From assembly GCA_963677925.2 (NCBI GenBank), contig CAXXYH010000003.1, forward strand, positions 1,472,001-1,536,000: a stretch of DNA of 64,000 nucleotides, given 5' to 3'. Every line of letters begins with the position of its first letter. The stretch's first letter is position 1. This stretch comes from Spirochaetia bacterium (GTDB lineage Bacteria; Spirochaetota; Spirochaetia; UBA9216). Below the pieces are notes generated by a model. The model had not been told where the DNA came from. It searched no databases and saw nothing but the letters and a program-made list of their open reading frames with translations. The position numbers were made by a program, and so were the translations under genes. Of this stretch, positions 19,129 through 29,609 are shown piece after piece.

Positions 19129-20085
19129 TCAGCAGCTGATTAAATCCTTTTTCTTTTCAATTATCTGGTTCATAAAAACCGCAATGACAATTATCAGTCC
19201 CAGATAAAGTGACTGCAGATCTGATGAAACCTGCAGAAAGTTCATTCCATTTTTAATTGTAGATATAATCACAGCCCCGACGATGGTCCCGAAAACTCCG
19301 CCCTTTCCGCCCCTGATGGATGTTCCGCCGATAAGAGCAACAGCTATTGAATTCAATGCATAATCCGACCCGCTTCCAGGTTCAGCGGCATTCAATCTGG
19401 CAAGGTACAGAATCCCGGTAAAAGCGCAGACAAGACTTCCAATCATATAGGCCGATATTACCGTTCTGTTTGATTTTATACCTGAGAATTCAGCAGCCTT
19501 CATATTGGAACCAACAAAAAATATCTTTCTGCCCCAGGTGGTCTTTGACAGCATGAAGTACAAACACAGGCCTATCAGGATGGCAAAAATGATTGTTGTG
19601 GGAATTCCAAGTATGGAACCTTTACCGATAAACCTGAAATCTGACGGGAAATCATAAATAATCATGTTACCCATAAGAAGCCAGGCAACTCCGCGGTATA
19701 TGTAATTGGTTGCGAAGGTAGCAATAAAAGGAGGAACCTTTAATTTGGTAACAATAAGTCCGGTTACAAGCCCCAGAGTCATACCGGTTATAAGTATGAG
19801 CAGAATCGGAATAATGAACGGAATATCAATTTTAAAAAGCGGTGCATAGATTACTGTCGAAAGGGCAATCATTGAACCGATTGATAAATCAATATTTCCT
19901 GAAAGCAGAATTATAGTCTGCCCCATTCCAAGCAATGCAAGCAGTGATGCCTGTCTCATTATTATTAAAAGGTTTGATGCAGTTAAATAATTATCATTCA
20001 GAACAGCAAACACGGCTATCAGAAGTACTGCAATCAACACCAGTGAGTAATTCAGAATTATATCTCTAACTTTTACGCTGAACAC
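19129..20085 (-). CDS. Sugar ABC permease (RbsC-like)
   Basis: IDLSIGS, GSNMKAAEFSG, IAVALIGGTS motifs; GTG start after GGAGG. Confidence 0.92.
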   Translation of the reverse strand: MFSVKVRDIILNYSLVLIAVLLIAVFAVLNDNYLTASNLLIIMRQASLLALLGMGQTIILLSGNIDLSIGSMIALSTVIYAPLFKIDIPFIIPILLILITGMTLGLVTGLIVTKLKVPPFIATFATNYIYRGVAWLLMGNMIIYDFPSDFRFIGKGSILGIPTTIIFAILIGLCLYFMLSKTTWGRKIFFVGSNMKAAEFSGIKSNRTVISAYMIGSLVCAFTGILYLARLNAAEPGSGSDYALNSIAVALIGGTSIRGGKGGVFGTIVGAVIISTIKNGMNFLQVSSDLQSLYLGLIIVIAVFMNQIIEKKKDLISC

Positions 20086-20100
20086 TTTTCAAGACCTCCA

Positions 20101-21069
20101 TTACGCAGTCAGGCTGACTCTAACAGCCCTTCTGACAACTATTTCATTAATCAACATGCCGAAGATTAGAATCAGACCGACAATTACCATCTGCCAGTGG
20201 GTCAGCAGCCCCATGAGAGAAAAACCGTTTCTAATCATTGTAAGCGTAACAACGCCCAGGACGCCGCCGAGGAGACTGCCCTTTCCGCTGCGCAGTATAT
20301 TCCCTCCGATTATTGCCGAAACTACCGCATAGAATTCATATCCGCTTCCAACTATGGGGTCAGCACATCCAAGTCTTGAGTTCATGAGAATACCTGCAAT
20401 ACCGGCAAGCAGTCCGGAGAGTGAATAGATGATCAGTTTCCATTTGACAGTATTAATTCCGGCAAATCTCAGAACTTCTTCATTACCGCCAATCGCATAT
20501 ACATAGACACCAAGTATGGTTTTCTTGAATATGAAAATTACAACTATAACTATAAGAATGCTCAGAATAATAAAGACCGGTATACCGAGAAGCTTTTCAT
20601 TTCCTATAAAATTGAGTACAAACTCTTTTTCCCAGTAAACAGTTTTACGTTCGGATAAAGTATTTGAAAAACCTGCAGCAATGTTCATCATGGCCAGGGT
20701 TGCTATAAACGGCGGAAGCCCCATTTTTGTAATCATCAATCCGTTCGCAAAGCCGCACACGACCCCAGTCAGTACACCGCCTATAATTGACAGGCCAACC
20801 GGCACATTCATGCTCATAAGAACTCCGCATATGACACCTGACAGAGTCAGGACATTTCCTACCGACAGATCCATGCCGCCGCTGATAATTACAATAGTCA
20901 CACCAAGGGTAATTGTACAAAGAATGGAACTTTGTATCAGAATATTGGTCCAGTTGTAGACTGACAGAAACTGGCTATTAGCGATACTGAAGAGAATAAA
21001 TCCAGCTACAAATATATATAAAGTACTTGGGATATTAATCCATTCTATATTAATTTTCCTGTTCAACAT
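20101..21069 (-). CDS. Sugar ABC permease (RbsC-like)
   Basis: MDLSVG, GGNEEVLRFAG motifs. Start reassigned to ATG 21069 (MLNRK). Confidence 0.9.
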   Translation of the reverse strand: MLNRKINIEWINIPSTLYIFVAGFILFSIANSQFLSVYNWTNILIQSSILCTITLGVTIVIISGGMDLSVGNVLTLSGVICGVLMSMNVPVGLSIIGGVLTGVVCGFANGLMITKMGLPPFIATLAMMNIAAGFSNTLSERKTVYWEKEFVLNFIGNEKLLGIPVFIILSILIVIVVIFIFKKTILGVYVYAIGGNEEVLRFAGINTVKWKLIIYSLSGLLAGIAGILMNSRLGCADPIVGSGYEFYAVVSAIIGGNILRSGKGSLLGGVLGVVTLTMIRNGFSLMGLLTHWQMVIVGLILIFGMLINEIVVRRAVRVSLTA

Positions 21070-22570
21070 TCCTGTCCTTTCCTGTCTGCTTAAAAGCATA
21101 TTTAAGAATTTCCGCCTGACTTGTTTCACTCGACTTAAATTCACCGACAATATTTCCTGATGCCATAACATAAACACGTTCACTCATCCCGAGGATTTCA
21201 GGCAGATCCGATGAAATCATAAGAATTGCAGCGCCATTTGCAGCCAGCTCATCCATCAGTTTGTAAATCTCTGTCTTGGCGCCTACATCAATTCCTCTGG
21301 TAGGCTCGTCAAATATAAAGAGCTTCGCCCCTGTCGACAGCCATTTTGAAACTACAACCTTCTGCTGGGTTCCGCCGCTCAGCTGCCGTGCTTTCTTTTC
21401 AATAGAAGAAGTGGCAATCTTAAGACTGTCTACGTATTTCTGAACGAGCGACTTTTCCTTTTTTCCAGCGATGTATAAATTCGGGAAGTATTTTTTCATA
21501 GATGCAATCAGGACATTTTCCTTAATGCTCAAATCAAGCGAGAGCCCGAAGTTTTTCCTGTCTTCAGGCAGCAGACTCATACCTAATTCGACGTTTAGCT
21601 GAGGATTGTTTTTTGCTATCTTTTTACCGCACAGCAGAACTTCACCGCTCTCATAATCATCAACCCCGAATACGGCACAGGCAAGTTCTGTTCGGCCGGC
21701 ACCTACCAGTCCTGATAAACCTACTATTTCGCCCGATTTAACGTTCAGATTCACATTACTGAATTTTTTACCGGTAAGATCTTTAACTTCAAGAACAACA
21801 TCGCCGGGGCTCCCGATGTAGCGTGGATAAAGATTATTAATATTCCGGTTTGCTATCTTTTCAATCATTTCATTCATAGAAATTTCACTGACCGGTTTCG
21901 TATCAATAACATTCCCGTCCCGGAGAATTGTTACCCTGTCGCCTATTTCAAAATTTTCTTCAAGACGATGTGAAATATAGAAAATACTCACATCCTTCTC
22001 TTTCAGAAACCTTATCAGTCTGAAGAGTTCTTCAATCTCTTTGTTTGTAAGAGAACTTGTGGGTTCGTCAAATACAATAACCTTGGCATCGACCGACAGG
22101 GCCTTCGCTATTTCAATCATCTGCTGCTGACCTACACCAAGATCCTTTATTTTTTTCTTAGGATCAATTTTTACATTGAGCCGATCCAGAAGGGCCCTGG
22201 CCTCAGCCTCCATAATTGCGGAATCAAGCATTACAGGAAAACCTTTCTTGCTCTTCTCATGTCCCAGGTAAATATTATTCATTACCGACAATTCCGATAT
22301 CAGATTGAATTCCTGATATATCATTCTTATTCCGCAGGATTCTGCGGCTCCGGGATTGTCAAAACTTTTCTTTTCTCCCGAGATTATAATTTCGCCTTTT
22401 TCAGGCTTATAAACTCCGGCAAGTATTTTCATCAGTGTTGATTTACCTGCACCATTTTCGCCTGCAAGGATATGGACTTCGCCGGGATAGATATCAAGTG
22501 ATACATTATTTAAAGCCACTACTCCCGGAAAACTTTTACATATGTTTTTTAATTCCAGAGTCGGAATCAT
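21050..22570 (-). CDS. Sugar ABC ATP-binding protein (RbsA-like)
   Basis: GENGAGKS, LSGGTQQK, DEPTRGIDVGAK motifs. Confidence 0.95.
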   Translation of the reverse strand: MIPTLELKNICKSFPGVVALNNVSLDIYPGEVHILAGENGAGKSTLMKILAGVYKPEKGEIIISGEKKSFDNPGAAESCGIRMIYQEFNLISELSVMNNIYLGHEKSKKGFPVMLDSAIMEAEARALLDRLNVKIDPKKKIKDLGVGQQQMIEIAKALSVDAKVIVFDEPTSSLTNKEIEELFRLIRFLKEKDVSIFYISHRLEENFEIGDRVTILRDGNVIDTKPVSEISMNEMIEKIANRNINNLYPRYIGSPGDVVLEVKDLTGKKFSNVNLNVKSGEIVGLSGLVGAGRTELACAVFGVDDYESGEVLLCGKKIAKNNPQLNVELGMSLLPEDRKNFGLSLDLSIKENVLIASMKKYFPNLYIAGKKEKSLVQKYVDSLKIATSSIEKKARQLSGGTQQKVVVSKWLSTGAKLFIFDEPTRGIDVGAKTEIYKLMDELAANGAAILMISSDLPEILGMSERVYVMASGNIVGEFKSSETSQAEILKYAFKQTGKDRNVEQEN

Positions 22571-22611
22571 AGATTGTTTCCTCCATTGAGTCAGATAAAG
22601 AAAATTACTTA

Positions 22612-23298
22612 TTATTCAAGTTTGTCTATTACTAAACTAAGATGTCTGCTCATGCAGCTGCTTGCTGTTTCTGAATCTCTGTTCTTGATTGCATCAAGTA
22701 TTTCAAGATGAAATTTGAATCCAAGGTTATTTCCATGACTGTTCATATTCTCCTGAAGCTGGGCAGAAAGTATTGCTTTGATGATATTCATAGTCTGTGA
22801 GAACATGGGATTTTTTGAAGCTTTGGATATTGCCACATGGAAATCGATGTCAAACTCTGCATAGCTTTCAATATCATCTTTATTTTTTATCAGTTCATCT
22901 ACAATATGCTGAAGCTCGGCTATATTCTCTTCAGTAGCATTTTTTGCTGCAAGCCATGTGGCTTCAACTTCAATCCCCTTTCTGAATTCCATAATTGTGC
23001 GATATTCATGCTTACCGAAGAAAACAACAGGGACAAGAGAATTCAGATAAAGAGAAGGTTCAAGCTTTTTAACAAAAGTACCTTCACCATGCTTCGTTTC
23101 AAGAAGTCCTAAGGCATTCAGTTTGTTAAGGGCAGCCCGTACGGTATGCCTGCTGACACCGAGATTTGTGCATAATTCATTCTCAGATGGAATTTTTGAA
23201 CCGGGCTCCCAGACATTATTGATAATTTTTTCCATCATCTGCTTATATACTTCATTACCTACATTCTGTTTTTCAATTTTCTCAAAACGGCTTCCCAA
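22612..23298 (-). CDS. GntR/FadR-family transcriptional regulator
   Basis: IPSENEL...GVSRHTVR...HGEGTFV; DIDFH. TTG start at 23298 after AAGGGA is inferred. Confidence 0.92.
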   Translation of the reverse strand: MGSRFEKIEKQNVGNEVYKQMMEKIINNVWEPGSKIPSENELCTNLGVSRHTVRAALNKLNALGLLETKHGEGTFVKKLEPSLYLNSLVPVVFFGKHEYRTIMEFRKGIEVEATWLAAKNATEENIAELQHIVDELIKNKDDIESYAEFDIDFHVAISKASKNPMFSQTMNIIKAILSAQLQENMNSHGNNLGFKFHLEILDAIKNRDSETASSCMSRHLSLVIDKLE

Positions 23299-23326
23299 AA
23301 CATGTCCCTTTAAATTTTTCTGCTTG

Positions 23327-23388
23327 TGTGTTGTCAGTTGTTCAACAACTGACAACACAACTATACTATTACTTAATTCAGCTGTCAA
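23327..23388 (-). promoter_or_regulatory. Sigma-70 promoter with 33-bp palindromic operator over the start site
   Basis: TTGACA (23388-23383)-17 nt-TATAGT (23365-23360); perfect 16-bp arms TGTGTTGTCAGTTGTT-c-AACAACTGACAACACA (23327-23359). Confidence 0.8.
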
Positions 23389-23461
23389 CAAATTTAATTA
23401 CGGATTTATAAATCCTGTAAATTAAGATAAACTGCTACTTATTGCCCTTAAGGATAAATAG

Positions 23462-25387
23462 ATGAATAAGATAGTCATATTTTCAACGACCCCGGGGATG
23501 TCACAAAGTTGTGAATATGTATTGAAGAAGCTGCAGATATCCGGAATACCGGTTTATGAATTAACGACTCACACAGCTCTTGAAAAAGCCAGAGAATGCC
23601 AGAAAAACGGTACCAAAGTTCTTGTATGCCGGGGAGGAACTGCGGCACTGCTTAGAGAAAATCTTGATATGCCGATCATAGATATCAGGCACAGTTTTTT
23701 GAGCTTTTTCCTTGCTGTAAGAAAGACCAGCACAAGTTACAACAAAGTGGCCGCGATAGGTTTTTCACAATTTTGCAATATTGCCAAAAAATTTAATTCC
23801 ATTATGAATGAATCGCTAATGGTATTTCAGGTTGACAATGCAGGAGAGTTTAAAGCTGCTTTTTCAAAAGCCAGGGAAATCGGAGCGGAAGCATTTATCG
23901 GGGGGTTTCAGCTGAGGGCAATCTGTATCAAGAATAACATGCCCTTCTATTCAATTTATCCCGATGAATCGGAAGTTGAGCTGGCAATAGACGAGGCGCT
24001 ATACAGTCTTTATGTCGAAGAGGAAAGAGAAAAGCAGTACAGTTTAATTTCAACAATACTGGACAGTACCTCCGAAGGCATTATTGGTATTGATAACTCG
24101 GGAAAAATACTTAATATCAACAAAATAGCGAAAGCACTGCTGCAGCGTGAGGCTGAAGATGAGAAAACTTATATAGATACTTTGATAAATACAAGCAATA
24201 TACAAAAAACCATTCAGTCAGGAGAACCGGTTTATGATGAGCTTATTACAATCAACAGGCTCTCACTGGTATACAGCTGTCTGCCCATAGTCATAAATAA
24301 TCAGATCAACGGAGCCGTTATCTCGATACAGGAAGAGACTAATATCCAGATAATTGATTCCAAGATCAGAAAAAAGCAGATCGGCAGAGGTCATTACGCA
24401 AAAATAAACTTCTCAAATATAATCGGAGAATCAAAAACAATCCATAAAACCATCGATACAGCCAGGCTGTACGCTAAAACCGAAAGTACAATTCTTCTAA
24501 CAGGCGAAACAGGCACTGGAAAAGAAATGTTTGCCCAGAGCATACACAATGACAGTATAAGAAAGCTTAAACCCTTTATCGCAATCAACTGCGCCGCTCT
24601 CCCAAAAAGTATTCTTGAAAGTGAATTATTCGGATACGCTGAAGGAGCTTTTACCGGAGCTAAAACAGGCGGAAAAGCAGGAGTTTTCGAACAGGCTCAC
24701 AAGGGTACAGTTTTTCTGGATGAAATAACCGAAATCCCGCCGGATGTACAGGCAAAACTGCTTAGAGTTCTTCAGGAAAAAGAGATAACACGAATAGGTG
24801 ACAACAGAATAATCCCTATTGATATAAGAATTATAGCAGCCTGCAATAAAGATCTGTATAAAGAAGTAAAAAACAACAATTTCAGAGAGGATTTATATTA
24901 CAGGATTTGTGTACTCGAGCTGAAGATCCCCCCCTTAAGGGAACGAAAAGAAGACATTCCGGCCCTGTTCAGCCATTATCTTCAAAACTACAATTTTCTC
25001 ACAGAGAAAGCTGAAAAATACATCTCTAACTATTCATGGCCCGGAAACGTACGGCAGCTGAAGAATGTTACCGAAAGAGCAAATGTACTTAATAATAAAA
25101 ATCAGATTGATGAAAAACTTATTTCTGAATTAATTTCTTCAAGAGAAGATATTATCGAACGGCCTCCAAAGTCGAACCAAGGCTCAGACAGCTTTCAAAC
25201 AGACTTTCTAAAATCAATTGCAGCTGCAACGCCTCACACTGAAGGCCTGCTCAAAACGATGGAAAAAAAGCTGATTCTTGAAGTTCTGCAGCAGACAAAG
25301 GGAAACAGGGAAATGGCGGCAGCAATACTTGGAATAAGCATTACGACTTTATGGAGAAAAGAAAAACTTTTTAATTCAGAAAGCTGA
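23462..25387 (+). CDS. Sigma-54-dependent transcriptional activator (PrpR_N + PAS + AAA+ + Fis HTH)
   Basis: CRGGTA in PrpR_N; GETGTGKE; ESELFG; GAFTGA; FLDEI; WPGNVRQL; C-terminal HTH. Confidence 0.95.
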   Translation: MNKIVIFSTTPGMSQSCEYVLKKLQISGIPVYELTTHTALEKARECQKNGTKVLVCRGGTAALLRENLDMPIIDIRHSFLSFFLAVRKTSTSYNKVAAIGFSQFCNIAKKFNSIMNESLMVFQVDNAGEFKAAFSKAREIGAEAFIGGFQLRAICIKNNMPFYSIYPDESEVELAIDEALYSLYVEEEREKQYSLISTILDSTSEGIIGIDNSGKILNINKIAKALLQREAEDEKTYIDTLINTSNIQKTIQSGEPVYDELITINRLSLVYSCLPIVINNQINGAVISIQEETNIQIIDSKIRKKQIGRGHYAKINFSNIIGESKTIHKTIDTARLYAKTESTILLTGETGTGKEMFAQSIHNDSIRKLKPFIAINCAALPKSILESELFGYAEGAFTGAKTGGKAGVFEQAHKGTVFLDEITEIPPDVQAKLLRVLQEKEITRIGDNRIIPIDIRIIAACNKDLYKEVKNNNFREDLYYRICVLELKIPPLRERKEDIPALFSHYLQNYNFLTEKAEKYISNYSWPGNVRQLKNVTERANVLNNKNQIDEKLISELISSREDIIERPPKSNQGSDSFQTDFLKSIAAATPHTEGLLKTMEKKLILEVLQQTKGNREMAAAILGISITTLWRKEKLFNSES

Positions 25388-25398
25388 TATAACCTGAA

Positions 25399-25424
25399 TA
25401 AAAAAAGGCCGGATCATTCCGGCC
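25399..25424 (-). terminator. Intrinsic terminator of the sigma-54 operon
   Basis: GGCCGGA-N4-TCCGGCC followed by a T-run on the minus strand. Confidence 0.75.
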
Positions 25425-25449
25425 CTGTATAATAAGATTACTTATCTTT

Positions 25450-26817
25450 TTAATTATTCCATAGAATATCCTCTGACGGTATTTCAGCATCCTTCATTAA
25501 ATATCCGATTCTTGAAACATTGATCAGATGAGTATATGTCAGGTTCTCGGAAATACTGTTATTTCCCCACGAGCCGCAGCCCAGAGTTGTTGTCGGAGAA
25601 AAACCGTTAAACCAGCTTCCGCCAGCGCTTGTTGACGACGGCTGATTAATTACAAACCTGCTTGCCTTCAGTCTCAGAGCGGCGGCTTCAATATGCTCTT
25701 CACTGTGGCTGTGCAGAGAAACGGAATGGCCGGCCCCCTCATATTCCAGATTTGCTTCAGCAATATCTACTGCTTCATCAAAATTTTTATATGTATATAT
25801 TGAAAGTACCGGACACATTTTTTCCTTGGAAAGAAAATCTTCTCTTCCCGCTCCGGCGGCTCTAAGCAGAATCACTCTGGTATCTTCAGGAATTTCAGAA
25901 CCTGCCAGCTCAGCCACCCTGGCTGTTGACTGCCCCACAAGATCAGGATTCATTTTCCCATTCGGGAAGAGAGCCTTCCGGAATGAGTCAACTTCCTGTT
26001 CATCAAAAACAACATATCCGCTGTTCTTTTTAAACTCTTCCATGACAGCATTAAGATCCTCTTCATGAACAATTACAGTCTGCTCTCCCGAACATATGAT
26101 TCCGTAATCAAAACTTCTGCCGCTGACAATCTTTGGTACCACTTCTCTAAAATCAACACCTCTGTCTATGATGCACTGCACATTTCCCGCACCTACACCA
26201 AGGGCCGGCTTTCCGCTGCTGTATGCAGCCTTGACCATACTCATTCCCCCGGTCGCCACGACAGTATCCGCGGCAGAGATCAGCTCCCGGGTATTTTCCC
26301 TGGACTGATGATCAATAATCTGTACAAGATTTTCAGGAGCACCAATCTTCTGCAGCTCTTCATTTATAAGTCTAACAGTTTCCTCGCTTGTTTTAAAGGA
26401 GCGATGATGGGGAGTGATAACCACTGCGTTTCCGCCTTTCAGAGCAAACATTGCATTACACATCGGTGTAACAACCGGGTTAGTACAGGGTGTAATTGCA
26501 GCAATTACTCCGATGGGTTTTGCGATTTCAGTAATTCCGGTTTGCGCATCCCTTTTGATTATTCCTCTTGATTTTTTTCCTTTGAGACTGTTCCAGATTA
26601 TACCGGCCTTTCCTCTGTTTTTTAGAATTTTATCAGGAACATTTCCCATTTCGGTTTCAGCTACTGCCATCCCGGCAAGATATTCGGCATTGTCGTATAC
26701 CACTTTTGCAATCAGTCTTACTGCCTCATCCACCTGCTCCTGTGACCAGGCCTCAAATTCCTTCTGAGCCTTTCTCGCTCTGTCCATATAACCGGCAATA
26801 TATTCAACTGTGTTCAT
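25450..26817 (-). CDS. CoA-acylating aldehyde dehydrogenase (SucD/succinate-semialdehyde dehydrogenase-like)
   Basis: TPCTNPVVTPMCNAM, ATGG, GVGAGN, catalytic ICSGEQ, EKMCP, TLGCGSWGNNS; resembles clostridial SucD. Confidence 0.88.
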   Translation of the reverse strand: MNTVEYIAGYMDRARKAQKEFEAWSQEQVDEAVRLIAKVVYDNAEYLAGMAVAETEMGNVPDKILKNRGKAGIIWNSLKGKKSRGIIKRDAQTGITEIAKPIGVIAAITPCTNPVVTPMCNAMFALKGGNAVVITPHHRSFKTSEETVRLINEELQKIGAPENLVQIIDHQSRENTRELISAADTVVATGGMSMVKAAYSSGKPALGVGAGNVQCIIDRGVDFREVVPKIVSGRSFDYGIICSGEQTVIVHEEDLNAVMEEFKKNSGYVVFDEQEVDSFRKALFPNGKMNPDLVGQSTARVAELAGSEIPEDTRVILLRAAGAGREDFLSKEKMCPVLSIYTYKNFDEAVDIAEANLEYEGAGHSVSLHSHSEEHIEAAALRLKASRFVINQPSSTSAGGSWFNGFSPTTTLGCGSWGNNSISENLTYTHLINVSRIGYLMKDAEIPSEDILWNN

Positions 26818-26884
26818 ACAATCGCTCCTGTATAAAAATCTCTTAATACTAAATTCAAATTCTCAATATTGTTCTGTTACAAAA

Positions 26885-27745
26885 TCAGCGGAACCTGTTC
26901 ATGATATGCCTGACGGAAACATCCAGCCCTTCGCCCTTCTGCCTTTCAAGAGCCCGTTCCTGAACCTCAACAAGCCGCTCTTCCAAAGTCGGTTTTCTAA
27001 CCTGATAAAATATTCCAGTATAAAGCTTATCCTTCGAAAAAGCATAGGGCATGGCGGTCATTACATCCTGAACAGGAAATCCTTCCGGAAGACTGCAGGT
27101 CTTTTCTTTAAGTTTCTTCCACTCAAGAGAGGGGTGAGTCACACAGGGCGAATGAACATAAATAATCGAAAACCCCGGGTGCTTTATCCCCTCTGTAATC
27201 AGATGTGTAAGCTGCTTAATATCAAAACTGTGACCGCGCGCAATAAATGATGCGCCGTATGTAAGGAAAACCGGTATTGGATTCAGCTCTTCCTCCGTCA
27301 CTCCATAAGGAGAGGTCTTCCCCTGATAACCGACGGGAGTAGTTGGTGAGGTTTGACCCTTGGTGAGTCCGTAAATATGATTATCCAAAAGAAGATAGGT
27401 AATGTTTGCATTCCTTCTTGCAGTATGACTTATATGGCCTCCGCCGATCGACAGTCCGTCTCCATCACCGCCTACCGCAAGCACAGTCATTTCCGGACTG
27501 GCAGCTTTGGCTCCGCATGCTGTAGGCAGGGCCCTGCCGTGAGTACCGTGAAGACTGTAGGTATTAAGGTAATGTGAAAAACGTCCAGAACATCCTATTC
27601 CCGATATCACCATGATTTCTTCGGGCAAAAGCTGCAGCTCAACAAGAGACTTTTTAAGGGCCGTAAGAACGCCGTAATCACCGCAGCCCGGACACCATAC
27701 AGGCTTTACCCCTTCCCTGTTAAAAGAATTTACTGTGTTCATCAT
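26885..27745 (-). CDS. 2-oxoacid:ferredoxin oxidoreductase beta subunit
   Basis: WCPGCG, SGIGCS, TPP-binding GGDGD...DNHIYGLTKGQ. Confidence 0.95.
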   Translation of the reverse strand: MMNTVNSFNREGVKPVWCPGCGDYGVLTALKKSLVELQLLPEEIMVISGIGCSGRFSHYLNTYSLHGTHGRALPTACGAKAASPEMTVLAVGGDGDGLSIGGGHISHTARRNANITYLLLDNHIYGLTKGQTSPTTPVGYQGKTSPYGVTEEELNPIPVFLTYGASFIARGHSFDIKQLTHLITEGIKHPGFSIIYVHSPCVTHPSLEWKKLKEKTCSLPEGFPVQDVMTAMPYAFSKDKLYTGIFYQVRKPTLEERLVEVQERALERQKGEGLDVSVRHIMNRFR

Positions 27746-29558
27746 TGTCCAACCTCGCTACCTTTTCAATTCCTTCATAAATTTCTTCTGCGGTCAGAGG
27801 TATACCCTGACATTTTCGTATATTCTGAGGATTAATCCTGAATTTGGCTTTTAGATAATTTGTAAATTGACCGGTAAGATTCTCTTCCACCACGATAAGA
27901 TGATCAAGCCTGGCCAGGAACAGGGATATCTGCCTGTGAGGAAGCGGACTTATAGTATGCGGATGAAGATGACGGATTTTAATACCGTTTTTTTCAGCCA
28001 TGTATCTGGCTTCACGGATAGCACCCTCGGTAGAACCCCAGCCTATAACCCCGATTGTGGCGTCAGGATCGCCGTAAAACTCTATCGGGTTTTTTTCAAA
28101 CTCTTTTGAGATTGCCTCCATCTTCCTGAATCTCTTAAGGCTCATTTTCTGATGGTTAAGCGGTGATTGATCGGTATGACCGTATTCATCATGCTCCAGA
28201 CCGGTAGCAAGATACTGACCTCCGGGGGTTCCCGGCCTTGCAATCGGACTGACTCCGTCCGGGGTATCAAGATACCTCTTATAATCTTCAAGATCATTCG
28301 AATCGGGCTCCCTTCTTCGCCTGAGATCAATTTTATTCGCATGGGGTATACGCAGACTTTTAAAACACTCCATCTGATCGAGTTCTTTAATCTGATCAAA
28401 ATTAGGCATTTTAACAGTTGCTTTCCGGTATCCTATGGACTGATCAAGAAGCAGAATTACCGGAATCTGGTATCTTTCAGACAGATTAAATGCCCTGATA
28501 GTCTGATAGAAAGTATCTTCCACCGTTGTTGGCGCCATGATAATTCTTGGACTGTCTCCAGCTGCACCGTAAACGGCAAACTTAAGGTCCGACTGTTCAG
28601 TTTTTGTGGGAAGACCTGTAGACGGACCTGCACGCTGTACATCGACAAGAACCATCGGCACTTCGATCATCGAGGCAAGACTCAGCTGCTCCGTCATAAG
28701 CATCAGCCCGGGACCGGAGGTTGGTATAATTACCTTTTCACCGGCGAATGAAGCTCCAATCACAGCACTAATAGCAGCAATCTCATCCTCCATCTGAACA
28801 GCCCTGCCGCCTACAAGCGGCATAAGCCTGGTAAGGGTTTCAAAAATGGATGTAGAAGGAGTTATCGGATAACCGGCTGTGAACCTGCAGCCGGCAGCAA
28901 TAGCACCGAGCGCCACCGCCTGGTTACCGCTTATAAACATATAATCTTCACCGGCAGGTTTCAGGTCTGTAATTCTGAAATTGACGGGAATATCAATTCT
29001 GGCTGCCGCATCCATTCCAGCATGGAGAGCTTTGTTATTCTTTTCTATAACATCAGCACCCTTTTTTCCGAATTTTTCTTTCAGCAAAGCCCGCAGCAGA
29101 TTAGTATCTATTCCCAGTACACTGCCCAGCGTACCAAGAGCAACCACGTTTTTACCAAGAACAGCTCCTGTAGTCTCCCGTGCAAGAGCCGTAAAAGGAA
29201 CGGGTTTGAGCTGACAGTCTTTCATATCACTTACATCAACCGTATCCGGATCATATATCAGAACCCCGCCTTCTCTGAGTGCTGATCGGGTATTTTCAAG
29301 CGCCTCCTGATTAAAGACAACCAGACAATCCACATTGCTTCCCATGGAATATATTGTTATATCCCTCAGCCTTATCTGGATCATGGAAAATCCGCCCCTC
29401 ATTTCTGACGGATAGGTAATGAAAGTAAAAACATGAAATTCCGTACGTGCAGCAGCCTGTGCAAGAAGTTCACCGCAGCTTATAACGCCGTCTCCTCCTT
29501 CTCCACCTATTCTAATGGTGTAGTCCAGAGTTGACACCAGTTTCGGCTTTTTACTCAT
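27720..29558 (-). CDS. 2-oxoacid:ferredoxin oxidoreductase alpha subunit (fused gamma domain)
   Basis: GGEGGDG, YPSEMRGG, GYPITP, EDEIAA, TSGPG, QRAGPSTGLPT motifs. Confidence 0.95.
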   Translation of the reverse strand: MSKKPKLVSTLDYTIRIGGEGGDGVISCGELLAQAAARTEFHVFTFITYPSEMRGGFSMIQIRLRDITIYSMGSNVDCLVVFNQEALENTRSALREGGVLIYDPDTVDVSDMKDCQLKPVPFTALARETTGAVLGKNVVALGTLGSVLGIDTNLLRALLKEKFGKKGADVIEKNNKALHAGMDAAARIDIPVNFRITDLKPAGEDYMFISGNQAVALGAIAAGCRFTAGYPITPSTSIFETLTRLMPLVGGRAVQMEDEIAAISAVIGASFAGEKVIIPTSGPGLMLMTEQLSLASMIEVPMVLVDVQRAGPSTGLPTKTEQSDLKFAVYGAAGDSPRIIMAPTTVEDTFYQTIRAFNLSERYQIPVILLLDQSIGYRKATVKMPNFDQIKELDQMECFKSLRIPHANKIDLRRRREPDSNDLEDYKRYLDTPDGVSPIARPGTPGGQYLATGLEHDEYGHTDQSPLNHQKMSLKRFRKMEAISKEFEKNPIEFYGDPDATIGVIGWGSTEGAIREARYMAEKNGIKIRHLHPHTISPLPHRQISLFLARLDHLIVVEENLTGQFTNYLKAKFRINPQNIRKCQGIPLTAEEIYEGIEKVARLDNDEHSKFF

Positions 29559-29609
29559 GCCGTTCTCCTTATGGTATTCACTGTTAACTATTTATTTGTT
29601 GATTGTTTT

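Noticed and set aside
28167-28751. 194-aa antisense ORF (also 42368-42952 and many shorter ones)
   Set aside because: Shadow frames opposite well-conserved genes, with no motifs or RBS.
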